Shown piece by piece: positions 11,101 through 24,030 of a stretch of 64,000 bases of DNA. Below the pieces are notes generated by a model. The model saw only the letters and a program-made list of their open reading frames with translations. It searched no databases and was not told where the DNA came from. Position 1 is the first letter of the stretch. Each line of letters starts with the position of its first letter. The stretch comes from Macrostomum lignano. Its lineage: Eukaryota. The translations under genes were made by a program, and so were the position numbers. Where the stretch lies: positions 78,634 to 142,633 of the forward strand of contig NIVC01003194.1 of the NCBI GenBank assembly GCA_002269645.1, read 5' to 3'.

Positions 11101-13766
11101 TAGCAACTGTAAATACCCTTAAACAACCAAAAATTCCCTAGCAACTGTAAATATCCCTATCAACCATAAAAAGCCCTAGCAACCAAAAATTCCCTAGCAA
11201 CTGTAAATATCCCTAGCAACCATAAATAGCCCTATCAACCATAAATAGCCCTAGCAACCATAAATATCCGTAGCAATTGTAAATATCCCTATGACCCATA
11301 AATATCCCTAGCAACTGTAAATACTCTAACAACTACAAATTCCCTAGCAACCATAAATATCCCTAGTAACCAAAAATAGCCCTAGCAACTACTCGTACAA
11401 ATCCCTAGTAACCGTAATTGGGGAAAATGGAAAACCAGGATCATACGTACTAACCATAATTATCTTTTTACACACAAATCCATCCATCACTCCCCAACTC
11501 AGGCTGAGCATTCGGCAATACCGATCCACGGGCTCCGTCACCCTCTACGAATTCTGGGAGTCGCTGGGCAGCTGGAGAAAATTTCTGCCCAGCCCAGTCA
11601 GCCGGGACCTTCGCCGAGCTCTGGTGGACTGCACAGATGCGCCCGAGAGCACCGACACCATGCTCATGCCTTGTGAGTAAAAAGTAACAGAGGCATACCG
11701 TCGTTTTCTTGTGTTCCAGAGGTCCTGGGTTCGATTCCCAGTGTCTCTGAGTTATTGTATTTTCGATTTGAACTCCCACGATTCATGATTCCTTGAATTC
11801 CCCGACGAGATTACCACGCAATATTCTATTTTCTATGGAAAATTCCCCGAATTCTTCAATGGAATCTCCCCAGATTCTCCGACACGATTCCTCAGATTCT
11901 CTTGAATAATTCCCTAGCCTCCTAAAATATTCCCCGGATTCTCAATAAAGATTCCCCAGATTCTCCTAAATAATTTCCCAGATTCTCCTGAATGATTCCT
12001 CAAATTCTCATTAAAAGATTCCCAACATTCTCATAAAAGATTCCCTGGACTCGCATAAAAGATTCCCCGGTTTCTCATAAAAGATTCCTAAGATTCTCAT
12101 AAAAGATTCCCTGGATTCGCATAAAAGATTCCCCGGATTCTCATAAAAGATTCCCTCGATTCTCATAAAGATTCCCCGGATTCTCATAAAAGATTCCCAA
12201 GATTCTCATAAAAGATTCCCAAGATTCTCATAAAAGATTCCCTGGATTCCCAAGATTCTCATTAAAGATTCCCCGGATTCTCATAAAAGATTCCCAAGAT
12301 TCCCATAAAAGATTCCCTGGATTCCTATAAAAGATTCCAAAGATTCTCATAAAAGATTCCCCGGATTCTCATAAAAGATTCCCAAGATTCTCATAAAAGA
12401 TTCCCTGGATTCCTATAAAAGATTCCCAAGATTCTCATAAAAGATTCTCCGGATTCTCATAAAAGATTCCCCTGATTCTCATAAAAGATTCCCAAGATTC
12501 TCATAAAAGATTCCCCGGATTCCCATAAAAGATTCCCAAGATTCTCATAAAAGATTCTCCGGATTCTTATATAGAAGATTCCCTGGATTCCCATAAAAGA
12601 TTCCCAAGATTCTCATAAAAGATTCCTAAGATTCTCATAAAAGATTCCCTGGATTCCCATAAAAGATTCCCAAGATTCTTATAAAAGATTCCCCGGATTC
12701 CCATAAAAGATTCCCAAGATTCTTATAAAAGATTCCCCGGATTCTCATAAAAGATTCCCAAGATTCTCATAAAAGATTCCCTGGATTCCTATAAAAGATT
12801 CCCAAGATTCTCATAAAAGATTCCCCGGATTCTCATAAAAGATTCCCAAGATTCTCATAAAAGATTCCCTGGATTTCTATAAAAGATTCCCAAGATTCTC
12901 AAAAGATTCCCCGGATTCTCATAAAAGATTCCCAAGATTCTCATAAAAGATTCTCCGGATTCTCATAAAAGATTCCCCGGATTCTCATAAAAGATTCCCA
13001 AGATTCTCATAAAAGATTCCCTGGATTCCCATAAAAGATTCCCAAGATTCTCATAAAAGATTCTCCGGATTCTCATAAAAGATTCCCCGGATTCTCATAA
13101 AAGATTCCCAAGATTCTCATAAAAGATTCCCTGGATTCCCATAAAAGATTCCCAAGATTCTCATAAAAGATTCCCCGGATTCTCATAAAAGATTCCCAAG
13201 ATTCTCATAAAAGATTCCCCGGATTCTCATAAAAGATTCCCTGGATTCCTATAAAAGATTCCCAAGATTCTCATAAAAGATTCCCCGGATTCTCATAAAA
13301 GATTCCCAAGATTTTCATAAAATATTCCCCGGATTCTCATAAAAGATTCCCAAGATTCTCATAAAAGATTCCCCGGATTCTCATAAAAGATTCCCCGGAT
13401 TCTCATAAAAGATTCCCCGGATTCTCATAAAAGATTCCCAAGATTCTCATAAAAGATTCTCCGGATTCTTATATAGAAGATTCCCTGGATTCTCATAAAA
13501 GATTCCCCGGATTCTCATAAAAGATTCCCTGGATTCTCATAAAAGATTCCCCGGATTCTCATAAAAGATTCCCAAGATTCTCATAAAAGATTCTCCGGAT
13601 TCTTATATAGAAGATTCCCCAGATTGTCCTGAAATCGCATATGAATTCGGAATCTGCAGAATTCGCAAAACTACCTGAACATTTCCGAAGTAATAAATCA
13701 CTCAAACATGCACCCCCTCGCAATGAATAAATTTCAGCGAGCTGGTGGAAGAACATGGATCACTGA
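1475..13766 (+). CDS. NECAB: N-terminal EF-hand calcium-binding protein (NECAB family), 7 exons, about 394 aa
   Basis: Exons 1475-1559, 1671-1779, 4531-4741, 5664-6134, 9080-9189, 11503-11672 and 13738-13766. All introns are GT-AG with matching phases (1185 nt total). The translation shows an EF-hand IFRRADKNDDGAISWTEFVSYFSDG, then NIDTHELCIYFTERLG, QFVDRFLLRE, the ABM-like domain TLYEFWES and the terminal SSWW, matching the NECAB layout. Confidence 0.9.
2082..2155. repeat. (GA)n microsatellite
   Basis: Imperfect AG dinucleotide run in NECAB intron 2. Confidence 0.95.
2455..3115. repeat. Minisatellite, about 20-24 bp unit (ccatccatcactgtggcgccc)
   Basis: Tandem variant units; boundaries approximate. 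Confidence 0.9.
3885..4505. repeat. Minisatellite, 20 bp unit (tcataaaggcgaccctgagg)
   Basis: Tandem array ending about 25 nt before the NECAB exon 3 acceptor. Confidence 0.95.
4757..5643. repeat. Minisatellite, 24 bp unit (tttgatagtccatggctgacatga)
   Basis: Fills NECAB intron 3 almost completely; source of the spurious MDYQIMSA and PWTIKSCQ ORFs. Confidence 0.95.
6987..8603. repeat. Perfect (AGTC)n tetranucleotide microsatellite, about 404 units
   Basis: No variant unit seen over about 1.6 kb; NECAB intron 4. Confidence 0.97.
9680..10270. repeat. Minisatellite, 32 bp unit (gaggtagatagcttgagtttgcagtggagtgt)
   Basis: Tandem array in NECAB intron 5. Confidence 0.95.
11030..11415. repeat. Degenerate minisatellite, about 19-20 bp unit (ccctagcaaccataaata)
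   Basis: Tandem variant units before NECAB exon 6. Confidence 0.85.
11990..13622. repeat. Minisatellite, 22-23 bp unit (gattctcataaaagattccc-aa/cg)
   Basis: Fills most of NECAB intron 6. Confidence 0.95.
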
Positions 13767-14189
13767 TGGTATTGACAGCCAGCTGTTATAAACGGGGACT
13801 AACAAAGCCACACGCAGTACCGAACACACAAATTCAATTATAACAGTTTTACACATTGCTTGCTGCACAATGTATTGCCGAAATTTATAAACACTGTTGA
13901 AAGTTTAATTCTTTTATTGCTTCATACATGTAGAAGTTCATAGAAGTCAAATTAGTTAGTTTATTATTAAAATTAAATAAACGCTATATTACAACAAATA
14001 GATTATAAAAAAGCGTTCGGTGTTGTAAAACACACACAATAATAACTGAATTTCACTGTAATAACTATCTTTATAGTGAGAATCTCATTTATCAATACCG
14101 AATTTGATCATTTATGGAATAAAACGTCTTAACAATTAATCCCTAATTTTGGCCCTCCAAAGATATTATCCGAATATTTCATCTAGTTT

Positions 14190-14825
14190 CTCCCTGACTC
14201 TCACCCTTCTCTCTCTCCCTTTCGTCTCTCCCTGACTCACACCCTTCTCTCTCTCCCTGACTCTCACCCTTCTATCTCTCCCTGACTCTAACCCTTTCGT
14301 CTCTCCCTGACTCTCACTCTTCCCTACCGACCTGACTCTCACCCTTCTCTCTCTCCCTGACTCTCCCTGACAGGGTCAGTCTCTCCCTGACTCTCACCCT
14401 TCCCTACCGAGCTGACTCTCACCCTTCTCTCTCTCCCTGTCTCTCACCCTTCTCTCTCTCCCTGACTCTCACAGGGTCAGTCTCTCCCTGACTCTCACCC
14501 TTCCCTACCGAGCTGACTCTCACCCTTCTCTCTCTCCCTGTCTCTCACCCTTCTCTCTCTCCCTGATTCTCACCCTTCTCTCTCCCTGACTCTCACTCTT
14601 CTCTCTCTCCCTGACTCTCACCCTTTTCTCTCTCCCTGACTCTCACCCTTCTCTCTCTCCCTGACTCTCGCCCTTTCGTCTCTCCCTGACTCTCACCCTT
14701 CTCTCTCTCCCTGACTCTCACCCTTCTCTCTCTCCCTGACTCTCGCCCTTTCGTCTCTCCCTGACTCTCACCCTTCCCTACCGATCTGACTCTCACCCGG
14801 CCTCTCTCTCTCCCTGACTCTCACT
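14190..14825. repeat. CT-rich minisatellite, about 25 bp unit (ctctcacccttctctctctccctga)
   Basis: Lies between the convergent 3' ends of NECAB and PMVK. Confidence 0.9.
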
Positions 14826-14913
14826 GGGAGTTATAGAGTTAGAAAGTATATAAAAAGGAAAAAATGCACCACTATAGAAAATTCAAAGACAAGATAAGTC
14901 TCCAATCAATGTA

Positions 14914-16293
14914 TCAATCAATCAATCTATCAACAAACAGATCAATCCATCGATCAATCTCACTGTCGCACTCTCCGCCGCTATTATCCAACTCCGAGTC
15001 CCACCGCTCCCAGGAGTCCAGTGCGCACTCGGACTCCGCATCGTCAACCCCGGGAACGAAGGCCCAGCCGCGCCGGGTTCGAGTCTCGTCTGAGGCCCGC
15101 AGGCGGAGCAGGTGAACCCGGCCTGGGTAGGCGGACTGGAGTGACAGATCAGGGAGACTGAGGTCATCCTTCACAAGCTCCAATTATCACTTTAGTAAAG
15201 AAAATGACTTATAGCAATCAAAATATCCTTAGAAACTAGGAATTATCCTAACAACTGGGAATAACCCTAGCAACCAGGAATAGCCCTAGCAACCCCTTAA
15301 TATCCCTAGCAAACCGGAAATACACTAGCAACCGGGAGTAACCCTAGCAACTGGGAATAACCTTAGCAACCGGGAATAACCTTAGCAACCGGGAATAACC
15401 TTAGCAACCGAAAATAACCTTAGCAACCGTGAATAACACAGCAACCGGGAATGACGCTAGCAGTCGGGAATAACCCTAACAAACAATAATAACCCTAGCA
15501 ACAGGAAATAACCTTAGCATAACCTTAGCAACCGAGCATGACCCTAGCAAACGGGTATAACCCTAACATCCGTAAATAGCCATAGCAACCGGGAATAACC
15601 CCAAAAAACCGTGAATAGCCATAGAAACCGGGAATGACCCTAGCAACCGGGAATAGCCATAGAAACCGGGAATGACCCTAGCAACCGGGAATAGTCATAG
15701 AAACCGGGAATGACCGTAGCAACCGGGAATAGCCATAGAAAAACCGGGAATGACCCTAGCAACCGGGAATAGCCATAGCAACCGGGAATAACCCTAGCAA
15801 CCGGGTATAACATTAGCTACAAAGAAAAGAATCGCTACTTTGGAATAAAGCAAATCCTTATCAAACCCTAGAAACCGTAGACACACTCAAAAACAGTCAG
15901 TCAGGACAATACCCTCACCAGAAAGTATTGGATATCGGTAGGCCTGCGTACATCTGACACCACCCAGAGCCCGTCAGGAGGCGGTTGCGCCATCTGCACC
16001 GCCAGCCGGCAGAAGCAGCCAGGATCGGCAGCTCGCAGCCGCTCACCCCAGGCGATCATGTCAGCCCTGAAGGCCTCCTTGTACTCTGTGGAATCCGCCA
16101 GTCGGTCTGCATCGAGTTGGTGCAGCCTGGCGTACTCCGCCTTCAGCGGCTGGCTGACCCGAACGCAAGCGGCTGGAAAGTTGCGCTCAGCCGCGGCGGC
16201 TAATATTCGAGAGGTCACGTGATCTTTACCGGATTTGCGCTTGCCGGAGATCAGCAGCAGCTGGCGAGGCTTGAGACTGCAGTTTGAGGCCGA
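14914..16293 (-). CDS. PMVK: Phosphomevalonate kinase (animal type), 2 exons; no genomic in-frame ATG at the N-terminus
   Basis: Exons 16293-15919 and 15135-14914 (GT-AG, phase 0). Motifs LLISGKRKSGKD, LKAEYA, YKEAFRADMIAWGE, VVSDVRRPTD and RGWAFVPGVDDAESECALD. The frame begins right after the acceptor ctttcatctcaactgcAG (16294-16295). Confidence 0.92.
15235..15815. repeat. Minisatellite, about 19 bp unit (ccctagcaaccgggaataa)
   Basis: Fills the PMVK intron. Confidence 0.9.
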
Positions 16294-16315
16294 CTGCAGT
16301 TGAGATGAAAGCGGT
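16294..16315 (-). promoter_or_regulatory. Candidate trans-splice acceptor of PMVK
   Basis: Pyrimidine-rich tract plus CAG immediately 5' of TCG GCC TCA; phase 0 with the PMVK frame. Confidence 0.6.
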
Positions 16316-16429
16316 GGGGCGAATCCAGTTAATATCCTGTACGCACACTGGGACTTGGAATTGGCATTTGGCGCTGATGCTTAACCTTCTTGAGGATGAT
16401 ATATGTATGAGGGAATAAAAGATTAAGGG

Positions 16430-16985
16430 AGAAATGGGGGATGGGGAGCTGAAGGGAGAAATGGGGAGAGGAGATGGTGGAAATAGGGAGGGAGAGATGA
16501 AGGGAGAGATGAAGGGAGGAAGAGATGAAGGGAGAAATGAGATGGACGAGGGATGATGGGAGAAAATGTTACAGAAAGAGATGAAGGGAGAGATGAAGTA
16601 AGAAATGGGAAAAGGGGAGGAGAGACGAAAAATGGGGAAAGGGGAAGATGCAGGGAGAAATAGGGAGAAATGAGGAGAGGGAGAGATGAAGGGAGAGATG
16701 GGGAGAGGGGGGAGATGAAGGGAGAAATATGGAGAGAAGGAGATGAAGGGAGAGATGAGGAGAGGGATTGAGATAGATGAAGGCAGAAATTGGTAGAGGA
16801 GATGAAGAAAGAAATGAGATAGACGAGGGATGATGGGAGAAAAGGTTAAAGGTAGAGATGAAGGGAGAAATGAGGACAGGGACTGATGAAGGAAGAGATG
16901 ACGGGAGAAATAGGGAAAGGGAAATGAAGGGAGGGATGAGAGAAACCGAAGAGATGAAGGGAGGATAGAAAGGGAGAGTTAGAAG
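16430..16985. repeat. GA-rich low-complexity degenerate repeat (gagatgaagggag)
   Basis: Purine-rich on the + strand. Confidence 0.85.
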
Positions 16986-17504
16986 GCAGACGCATAGATA
17001 AGGAACTCATGTAGGAGAAGCCAACACCCCAACAGAGCCAGAAAGCTCACTAGCCATATAAAAGCTGCCATAAATTCAGGACTTTAAGCATATAACACAT
17101 AGGCCTAGTGCTGTGGCCCCAGTATCTTTTTGTTAGTAAACTTTCAAGTTCCAGCACTATGAATTATTACTATGAATATTAGTAGCCACTGGCAAGTTGA
17201 ACACCAGCACAGTGAGAAAGGCAAACAAAACGCATAAAGTATACAGGCGTTAATGCTATTACTAATGTGGACAGATACTATAATTTATAAAACTTGTGTG
17301 CTCAACGATACGGGGCGTAGCTGAACTGCTGATTAGCAGGTTAATACGATGGATTTTAGATAATTCTCGACCTTCATTGTCCCGCAGAAGCGTTGTAACA
17401 TTTCTGGATAGCACACGGACATTGCAGTAGGAATTTTGAAACATTTTCTAAGTGGGGCGCTTTATATTCCCGAAGTTTTACAATCTCAAAGTTTTTTAAT
17501 ATCC

Positions 17505-18520
17505 TCAATAGTTCACAACCACAATGTTCACAATCCCCAATAGTTCACAACCACAATGTTCACAATCCCCAATAGTTCACAATCACGAATAGTTCACAAT
17601 CCCCAATATTTCACAATCCCCAATAGTTCACAAAAATCCAATAGTTCACAATCCCCAATAGTTGACAATCCCCAATAGTTGACAATCCCCAATAGTTCAC
17701 AATCCCCAATAGTTGACAATCCCCAATAGTTCACCATCCCCAATAGTTCACAATCCCCAATAGTTGACAATCCCCAATAGTTGACAATCCCCAATAGTTC
17801 ACAATCCCCAATAGTTCACCATCCCCAATAGTTCACAATCCCCAATAGTTCACAATCCCCAATAGTTGACAATCCCCAATAGTTCACAATCCCCAATAGT
17901 TCACCATCCCCAATAGTTCACAATCCCCAATAGTTGACAATCCCCAATAGTTCACAATCCCCAATAGTTCACCATCCCCAATAGTTCACAATCCCCAATA
18001 GTTCACAATCCCCAATAGTTGACAATCCCCAATAGTTCACAAACCCAAATAGTTCACAATCCCCAATAGTTCACAATCCCTAATAATTCACAACCACAAT
18101 GTTCACAATTCCAACAGTTCACAATCCTTAATAGTTCGAAATCCACAATAGTTCACAATCCCAAATAGTTCACAATCCCAAATAGTTCACAATCCCAAAT
18201 AGTTCACAATCCCAAATAGTTCACAATCCCCAATAGTTCACAATCCCTAATAGTTTACAATCCCCAATAGTTCACAATCCCCAATAATTCACAACCACAA
18301 TGTTCACAATTCCAACAGTTCACAATCCTTAATAGTTCGAAATCCACAATAGTTCACAATCCCTAATAGTTCACAATCCCAAATAGTTCACAACCACAAT
18401 GTTCACAATTCCAACAGTTCACAATCCTTAATAGTTCGAAATCCACAATAGTTCACAATCCCCAATAGTTCACAATCCCTAATAGTTCACAATCCAGAAT
18501 AGTTCACAATCCCTAATAGA
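17505..18520. repeat. Minisatellite, 17 bp unit (ttcacaatccccaatag)
   Basis: Tandem array between SMYD4 and PMVK. Confidence 0.95.
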
Positions 18521-19780
18521 TCACAAAAGGTTTCATAAACGTGACTAATATTCCGAATTATAGTCTGTGAACTAACTCCATAAAAATTGGTAAAGTTTAA
18601 GCAGCCCATATTCTGTGTTTGAGGTGTCGAAAAATTGAATTTTATTTGATTATAATGTCAACCTTATCAACTATATTTAGGCTAACGCAAGGAATGAAAA
18701 CGAACACCCTAGCGGACTGCAAGCCGAAACAAAACTAAGTGCTTCTCCAACAAAAACAACAATTTTACAAGATGAAAAACCTGCTAAAAACGCCCTGTTC
18801 ATCAATTAGACTAATTGGATATTTTCCCTACACAAAAGAAGCAAAAGTCTGGCATGCATTCTACTTAATGAGCTGGTTTTGTTGGCCAAGAATTGCCAAG
18901 AGCCTGGCTCAAAGGTTGCATAGAAATGATCAAGGTTGTTTTCTTAAAACTGTGTATGAGTGCTGTGCCTTCAGTGAATTTCCGTCAGTAGCTGGCTGTG
19001 AGCTTGAAGAAAAGCTACAGAATTACACAATTTTTTAATCATACTGCCAGTTTTTTAAATAAAATTTAATGAATGAATTCGCCAACAAGTTGCACAACTC
19101 GGAAGCTTTTGTTAGCTTCGGGACAATCTGCGAAAATTTATATTATTTAGCATAGCAAATATTAATTAACAAATTAATACACACGGTAAAATTTATCCAT
19201 AAAAACTGCTTGCAAAACAACTGATGCTAAAACTCTCCCTTAGTGATTTTTAAAAAAATTCGATATGTTTGCATTCATGCTTAAACCAGATTAAAGAGAA
19301 GGCACAAATTCTTTTGGAGCCAAATATTTGTAGCATAACAGGTAGAAAAAGCTGAAAAAGTGATGGTAAAACAGGGGTAAAATGCTTACTAAATAAATAA
19401 TGATGTACAATATTAGTAGCAATATATAATAAGTAATAAAGGTGAATAATCAGTTGTCGGTGTCAAAATTTCGCAACTAAGTATTAATAAGTCATGAATC
19501 ATGCAATTAAAAAATCTGGCCAAAAAACGGAGCACACAATATTGATTTTATTGACTTATTCCAAAGCTAAAATATAGAAAAAGAGCGTCATAAAAAATTC
19601 GATGCACATACACCTGTTGTTTCACTGCAAACAATAATACTGATATGATAGGATAAAGACTTCATGCAAATACCAGAACAAGGACTACTGACATTGCAAA
19701 TAACAATTCTTTTAGCTGAGATGGCATTAAAAACGCACAGATGGCATAGAAGTTGATTGTCAATCCATCACAACCAGCAT

Positions 19781-21724
19781 TCAGTCTGTCCCGCCGGTGT
19801 CCAAGCAGCCCCGCGCGCTCCACACCATCTTGACGCACTCTTCGGCGTCGTTAAACCACCGATGCGGCCGTCTGACACGACGCTGCAGCAGGCGGATTAG
19901 CGACAACAGTCGGGCCTCGAAACGCGAGTTCAGCTCGTTAGCTAAGAGTGGCGCGGAAGTGGAGAATGAGGACACGAACTCGGCTACAACCCCGACAGTT
20001 GATTCCACCTCTGCTTTGATTGCTGGATCGACAACAAAATTGGCAACATCGTATAAATTGTTTTTATCGGCACCCTCGACTTCGCTCTTATCGTCCTTAG
20101 CAATCGCATCAATCCATCTAGGCTGCAACGCCAACAAGCCATCATACAGTGGCCAATCATTCTCGCAAGCAACACAGTCGCAGTCGAACAAATACTGAGC
20201 TGCAAGACTTTCTTGACGCTGCTGTTTCGGATGCACAGCCCAATGCAAACCGTAGTTGTCAAGGAGCTCCTCGCCTTTAGCAATCGGTCGGAGAGCTCGA
20301 ATCTCCAGTCTCAAACCGGGACAAGTGACTCGCGATACATTCGGATCGCAAGAATGATTAATTAAACTAGCCGTTGGATACACAGCCGACCCAATGTCTC
20401 TGATAGTCAGTGCAGAAATATCCACTGAGCTGCCATTGTCAGTACTACTACTAGTAGTCAGCCTACTCGGCGGAGTGGACAATGCAGTTACATCGTGAGC
20501 ATTGCACGGCACCAGCATCAGATGGCGCAGCAGTGCTGCAACAAGTGGGGCGGCTACATCTAGCTGAGAATTTGCCTCAGACTCAACACTGAGCAGCAGA
20601 GCCATCTGGCAGGCAACGGCGACTCGCTGAGCCAAATCGCGACTCTCTCGCTGTCGTTCTCCAGCTACCAAAGCCAGCACCGATTGATAATCGCCAGCAG
20701 ATCCGAATACCGATTCGAAATCTTTGAAATTCTTTGCCTTAGCAACAGCTTGAGCAACGGAAACCGGACCGCCAGCAGCGATCACGGTGGCGAAAGCGAG
20801 CCGACCAATGCTCGCATTGAATGCGGAGTCCAACCAGCCAGCCAGCCAGCCGCATTCCACCCTGTGGACCGGGTCGTTATCCCGACAATTCTCCGAGCAG
20901 AAGCCAACAACTGAGCAGTCGCTACAGGGCAGCAACCGTTGGCAAGGTGCCAAGCAGGCTGAGCAGTGACTATCGCGAAGATTTGACAGCAGAATGGCGC
21001 TAAAAGCCGGCTCAGAGACCAACAGGTCTCCAACATCGACGTCTTCAAGAGTAAGAAGACAGCGACCGCGACTTTCGTCTGCCAGAGCGAGCTGCACCTT
21101 GGCGCTGGCGTGCGGCAGCTGTTGATTAAAATCCCGCAACAACGATTGAGATGCTGCTGCTGGCTGGGAAACACTTGAGGATTTCGACACTGACATTCTC
21201 TTCTGACAGTCAGCGATGCGACCTGTCAGCTTACCGGCCCGCTCGTCGCCATACGGCAACCGTAGAGCCGCTTCAGCATCGGCTATGGCTTCCGCATAGC
21301 AACCGAGACGTTTGAACACCAGCGAACGGTTGGCGAAAGCCACGGCAAGATCCGAGCTACCTGGCTGGGCGTGCCGGATGCATTCAGAAAATCGCAGCGC
21401 CGCTAAACGCAGCAGGCCGCAGTCGAGGGCTTCCAGACCGGCCGAACGAGCTTCCGCTAGGCGAGCTGGACTCTTGGCGTCGCTAGGCAACGGACGCTGA
21501 TGCTTTGTCCAGACGGTGGCACTTCTGGCAGCATAGTTAGACCAATCAATCGAGGCAAGCACTCGTTCGGCAAGGCGAAGTTCGAATTCCATGGATGCCG
21601 TGGAATCGTTGAGAATATTGGTTGCTTCGTTTGAGCCTAGCCAGTCAAGAGCTGCGGCTGCGGCTTTAGTACCGAGCGACTTCATGGACTGCAGCATGCT
21701 GCTGCTCTTGACTGGGGATGCCAT
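19781..21724 (-). CDS. SMYD4: SET and MYND domain lysine methyltransferase with N-terminal TPR (SMYD4-like), intronless, 647 aa
   Basis: TPR segment AVAFANRSLVF. MYND finger CSACLAPC-CSDC-FCSENC-HRVEC. SET motifs AVYPTASLINHSCDPN and ELLDNYG. Post-SET YLFDCDCVAC. Confidence 0.88.
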   Translation of the reverse strand: MASPVKSSSMLQSMKSLGTKAAAAALDWLGSNEATNILNDSTASMEFELRLAERVLASIDWSNYAARSATVWTKHQRPLPSDAKSPARLAEARSAGLEALDCGLLRLAALRFSECIRHAQPGSSDLAVAFANRSLVFKRLGCYAEAIADAEAALRLPYGDERAGKLTGRIADCQKRMSVSKSSSVSQPAAASQSLLRDFNQQLPHASAKVQLALADESRGRCLLTLEDVDVGDLLVSEPAFSAILLSNLRDSHCSACLAPCQRLLPCSDCSVVGFCSENCRDNDPVHRVECGWLAGWLDSAFNASIGRLAFATVIAAGGPVSVAQAVAKAKNFKDFESVFGSAGDYQSVLALVAGERQRESRDLAQRVAVACQMALLLSVESEANSQLDVAAPLVAALLRHLMLVPCNAHDVTALSTPPSRLTTSSSTDNGSSVDISALTIRDIGSAVYPTASLINHSCDPNVSRVTCPGLRLEIRALRPIAKGEELLDNYGLHWAVHPKQQRQESLAAQYLFDCDCVACENDWPLYDGLLALQPRWIDAIAKDDKSEVEGADKNNLYDVANFVVDPAIKAEVESTVGVVAEFVSSFSTSAPLLANELNSRFEARLLSLIRLLQRRVRRPHRWFNDAEECVKMVWSARGCLDTGGTD

Positions 21725-21914
21725 TTGTCTGTTGGAGCTGCTTGACTGGCATGAGATAATGGGTTGGATGGGTTACAGGTGAATAAGGCGTGCTCTGTAC
21801 GACGAGAGTAGAAGCACGAGTACCTAAGAAGTACCTAAGACGTACGATATTCTTACATCTGCGAGTCTGTGACGCATAGGGTTTTAGGTTCGTGTTGCAT
21901 CTATGGGGTGGTGG

Positions 21915-24030
21915 TGTATTTATGGCGTGGTGTTGTATCTAGATGGTGATGCTGTATCTATGGCGTAGTGTGGTGTTGTATCTAGATGGTGATGCTGTAT
22001 CTATGGTGTGGTGTTGTATCTAGATGGTGATGCTGTATCTATGGTGTGGTATTGTATTTAGATGGTGATGCTGTATCTATGGCGTAGTGTTATATTGTAT
22101 CTAGATGGTGATGCTGTATCTATGGCGTGGTGTTGTATCTAGATGGTGATGCTGTATCTATGGCGTGGTGTTGTATTGTATCTAGATGGTGATGCTGTAT
22201 CTATGGCGTGGTGTTGTATCTAGATGGTGATGCTGTATCTATGGCGTGGTGTTGTATCTAGATGGTGATGCTGTATCTATGGCGTAGTGTTATATTGTAT
22301 CTAGATGATGATGCTGTATCTATGGCGTAGTGTTGTATTGTATCTAGATGGTGATGCTGTATCTATGGCGTAGTGTTATATTGTATCTAGATGGTGATGC
22401 TGTATCTATGGCGTAGTGTTGTATTGTATCTAGATGGTGATGCTGTATCTATGGCGTAGTGTTATATTGTATCTAGATGGTGATGCTGTATCTATGGCGT
22501 GGTGTTGTATCTAGATGGTGATGCTGTATCTATGGCGTAGTGTTATATTGTATCTAGATGGTGATGCTGTATCTATGGCGTGGTGTTGTATCTAGATGGT
22601 GATGCTGTATCTATGGCGTGGTGTTGTATCTAGATGGTGATGCTGTATCTATGGCGTGGTGTTGTATTGTATCTAGATGGTGATGCTGTATCTATGGCGT
22701 GGTGTTGTATCTAGATGGTGATGCTGTATCTATGGCGTGGTGTTGTATCTAGATGGTGATGCTGTATCTATGGCGTAGTGTTATATTGTATCTAGATGAT
22801 GATGCTGTATCTATGGCGTAGTGTTGTATTGTATCTAGATGGTGATGCTGTATCTATGGCGTAGTGTTATATTGTATCTAGATGGTGATGCTGTATCTAT
22901 GGCGTAGTGTTGTATTGTATCTAGATGGTGATGCTGTATCTATGGCGTAGTGTTATATTGTATCTAGATGGTGATGCTGTATCTATGGCGTGGTGTTGTA
23001 TCTAGATGGTGATGCTGTATCTATGGCGTAGTGTTATATTGTATCTAGATGGTGATGCTGTATCTATGGCGTAGTGTTGTATTGTATCTAGATGGTGATG
23101 CTGTATCTATGGCGTAGTGTTATATTGTATCTAGATGGTGATGCTGTATCTATGGCGTAGTGTTATATTGTATCTAGATGGTGATGCTGTATCTATGGCG
23201 TGGTGTTGTATCTAGATGGTGATGCTGTATCTATGGCGTAGTGTGGTATTGTATCTAGATGGTGATGCTGTATCTATGGCGTAGTGTTGTGTTGTATCTA
23301 GATGGTGATGCTGTATCTATGGCGTAGTGTTGTATTGTATCTAGATGGTGATGCTGTATCTATGGCGTAGTGTTATATTGTATCTAGATGGTGATGCTGT
23401 ATCTATGGCGTGGTGTTGTATCTAGATGGTGATGCTGTATCTATGGCGTAGTGTGGTATTGTATCTAGATGGTGATGCTATATCTATGGCGTAGTGTTGT
23501 GTTGTATCTAGATGGTGATGCTGTATCTATGGCGTGGTGTTATATTGTATCTAGATGGTGATGCTGTATCTATGGCGTGGTGTTGTATCTAGATGGTGAT
23601 GCTGTATCTATGGCGTGGTGTTATATTGTATCTAGATGGTGATGCTGTATCTATGGCGTGGTGTTGTATCTAGATGGTGATGCTGTATCTATGGCGTAGT
23701 GTTATATTGTATCTAGATGGTGATGCTGTATCTATGGCGTAGTGTTATATTGTATCTAGATGGTGATGCTGTATCTATGGCGTAATGTTATATTGTATCT
23801 AGATGGTGATGCTGTATCTATGGCGTGGTGTTGTATCTAGATGGTGATGCTGTATCTATGGCGTAGTGTGGTATTGTATCTAGATGGTGATGCTATATCT
23901 ATGGCGTAGTGTTGTGTTGTATCTAGATGGTGATGCTGTATCTATGGCGTAGTGTTGTATTGTATCTAGATGGTGATGCTGTATCTATGGCGTAGTGTTG
24001 TATTGTATCTAGATGATGTGATGTATCTAT
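21915..24030. repeat. Minisatellite, 38/43 bp units (gtatctagatggtgatgctgtatctatggcgtggtgtt)
   Basis: About 2.1 kb array between SIRT6 and SMYD4. Confidence 0.95.

Noticed and set aside
17262-17444. Short ORFs as a cis-spliced first exon of PMVK
   Set aside because: No donor of the phase needed for the 16337 acceptor, and no PMVK-like sequence.
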